Virus record (IMG/VR): IMGVR_UViG_3300025372_000001
Source of the DNA: a virus
Taxonomy: Duplodnaviria > Caudoviricetes
Strand: one strand, 5' to 3'
DNA length: 64,000 bases
The number at the start of each line of letters is the position of its first letter. Position 1 is the first letter of the stretch. The translations under genes were made by a program, and so were the position numbers. Below the pieces are notes generated by a model. It did no database searches. It saw nothing but the letters and a program-made list of their open reading frames with translations, and was not told where the DNA came from. Below, one piece after another: positions 62,952 through 64,000 of this stretch.

Positions 62952-63093
62952 CTCTTGACGTAAAAGAGAAAAGATGGTAAAGTCTAATATAGAATTGAAC
63001 GTAGCCTTCTAATGACAAAATCGATTGTAGTCTAAAAATCTCCTGACTAATAGTTAGTTGGTTACTTTCAGTTCTAAACCAAAATAAACAATT

Positions 63094-63312
63094 ATGACAA
63101 ATATCTATACAGTTCAAACAAGAAGCGAAGAAACTGGATTGAATTTTTATTCATCTTCAAATCTTGAATCCGCTCTGGTAGAAGCAAAACTTGCAGCCGA
63201 AAAAGATTCTTCTATTTGGAAAATTTCTTACATTGATGAAACGGGTAACAGTGTACGATTGGTGAAGAATGAAGAAAACGAATGGGAAAATCAACCCTTG
63301 ACTCTTTCGTAA
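63094..63312 (+). CDS. hypothetical protein
   Basis: ORF track 72 aa; promoter TTGACG(62955)-17-TAAAGT. Confidence 0.65.
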   Translation: MTNIYTVQTRSEETGLNFYSSSNLESALVEAKLAAEKDSSIWKISYIDETGNSVRLVKNEENEWENQPLTLS

Positions 63313-63369
63313 AAGATGGTAAAGTAAGGACGTTATAGAGAACTTGATTCTCAAAATTTATTAATTAAT

Positions 63370-63459
63370 GGTTGGTGGGGGCTGCCCGGCGGTAGCGGCG
63401 GACTCATAATCCGTGTTGTGTTTAAACACCTTCAGGATCGACACCTGCACCAACTACCA
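63370..63459 (+). tRNA. non-canonical tRNA(CAT) with 8/4 acceptor-T branch, Sec-like D-arm and long variable arm
   Basis: GGTTGGTG/CACCAACT (8 bp), GCTGCC-CGGC-GGTAGC, GCGGA-CTCATAA-TCCGT, V-arm GTGTT/AACAC, CAGG-ATCGACA-CCTG, A-CCA. Confidence 0.85.
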
Positions 63460-63659
63460 TTTTCACTTCTTGAATAAACCGCTTATACTACTTCACAATG
63501 AAAACCGTTAAACAACTTATCGAATGTGGAGATTGGGAAGAATTTTATCTAACTGATAAAAAAGAAAAATTACCCAAAACACCTGAAAACGAGAAAACCT
63601 TTTTAGAATGTAAAGTTAAATGGAGTAGTGTTGCACAAAAAATTGAGAAATAATCTCTT

Positions 63660-63872
63660 ATGTCTAAACCATCTAAAACGAAAGTAATTGAAATTACCAA
63701 AGAAGAGATTGAAGAATTGATTTTTCAGCATCTTGCTCAGAAGGGTTATGCTCTTCAAGGTAAAATCAAATTTGAAACAGAATTGGATGATGATAGGATA
63801 GATAATGAAATTTTTTGGTCCCGTGATCCCGTAATCGCATTCAATGGAGCAAAAGCAACAGTGTTAGATTAA
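63660..63872 (+). CDS. hypothetical protein
   Basis: ORF track 70 aa. Confidence 0.65.
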   Translation: MSKPSKTKVIEITKEEIEELIFQHLAQKGYALQGKIKFETELDDDRIDNEIFWSRDPVIAFNGAKATVLD

Positions 63873-64000
63873 TTATGAACAATCTTGAAGAAATTAAAAA
63901 ACGTGCATTCAGTTGGGCATTAACCCCTTATGATTCTTGTGAAGAATGTATTGATCTAGGATATTCTAATACACTTAGGAATTGTGGGCAAGAGGTTTTA

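Noticed and set aside
2956-63354. Numerous 60-125 aa minus-strand and nested alternative-frame ORFs in the track
   Set aside because: They lie inside longer motif-bearing + strand genes and have the F/L/I-rich composition of shadow frames in AT-rich DNA.
63370-63459. Calling it tRNA-Sec or an ordinary tRNA-Met
   Set aside because: Anticodon is CAT not TCA, T-stem is 4 bp (Sec is 8/5), and no sel genes are seen; the long V-arm and 6-bp D-stem rule out a standard Met tRNA.
1-64000. Alternative genetic code (TAG/TGA reassignment)
   Set aside because: Long conserved genes (nrdA, nadV, amidoligases) are intact in code 11, coding density is high, and TAG/TGA end genes at plausible junctions.
1-64000. 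Integrase, transposase, DGR or RtcB RNA ligase
   Set aside because: No recognisable motifs in this window; RtcB, which often accompanies Ro/Y loci, may lie elsewhere in the genome.

Overview
This is an AT-rich, densely coding segment of a large tailed-phage genome. Genes run on the - strand up to about 2.07 kb and on the + strand from about 2.2 kb onward. There are no virion structural, terminase or polymerase genes; the window is an accessory, metabolic and host-takeover region. Recognisable genes are YqeY, a histidine phosphatase, CoaE, an HD-CoaD fusion, a Ro60/TROVE-like vWA protein (DUF2828-like), class Ia NrdAB, NadM-Nudix plus NadV (NAD salvage), two YopX proteins, an RmlD-like reductase, a DUF4406-DUF6378 fusion, three amidoligases with two class II glutamine amidotransferases, a radical SAM enzyme, an S8 protease, a 3D-domain protein, a Zn deaminase, a RuvB-like ATPase, a glucosaminidase endolysin, PspA and a receiver domain. 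There are two near-standard tRNAs (Arg-TCT, Leu-TAA). Many sigma70-type TTGACA promoters sit only 5-7 nt upstream of ATG (apparently leaderless mRNAs), and SD motifs are scarce. The two most striking elements are RNA. (1) Directly after the Ro60-like gene is a separately transcribed array of five stem-closed units sharing an ACWGCAAA motif, one of which carries a complete circularly permuted, YrlA-like tRNA module. (2) At 63370-63459 is a tRNA with a tRNA-Sec-like D-arm, an 8/4 acceptor/T branch, a long variable arm and a CAU anticodon. Family assignments come from motif recognition by eye, not database searches.
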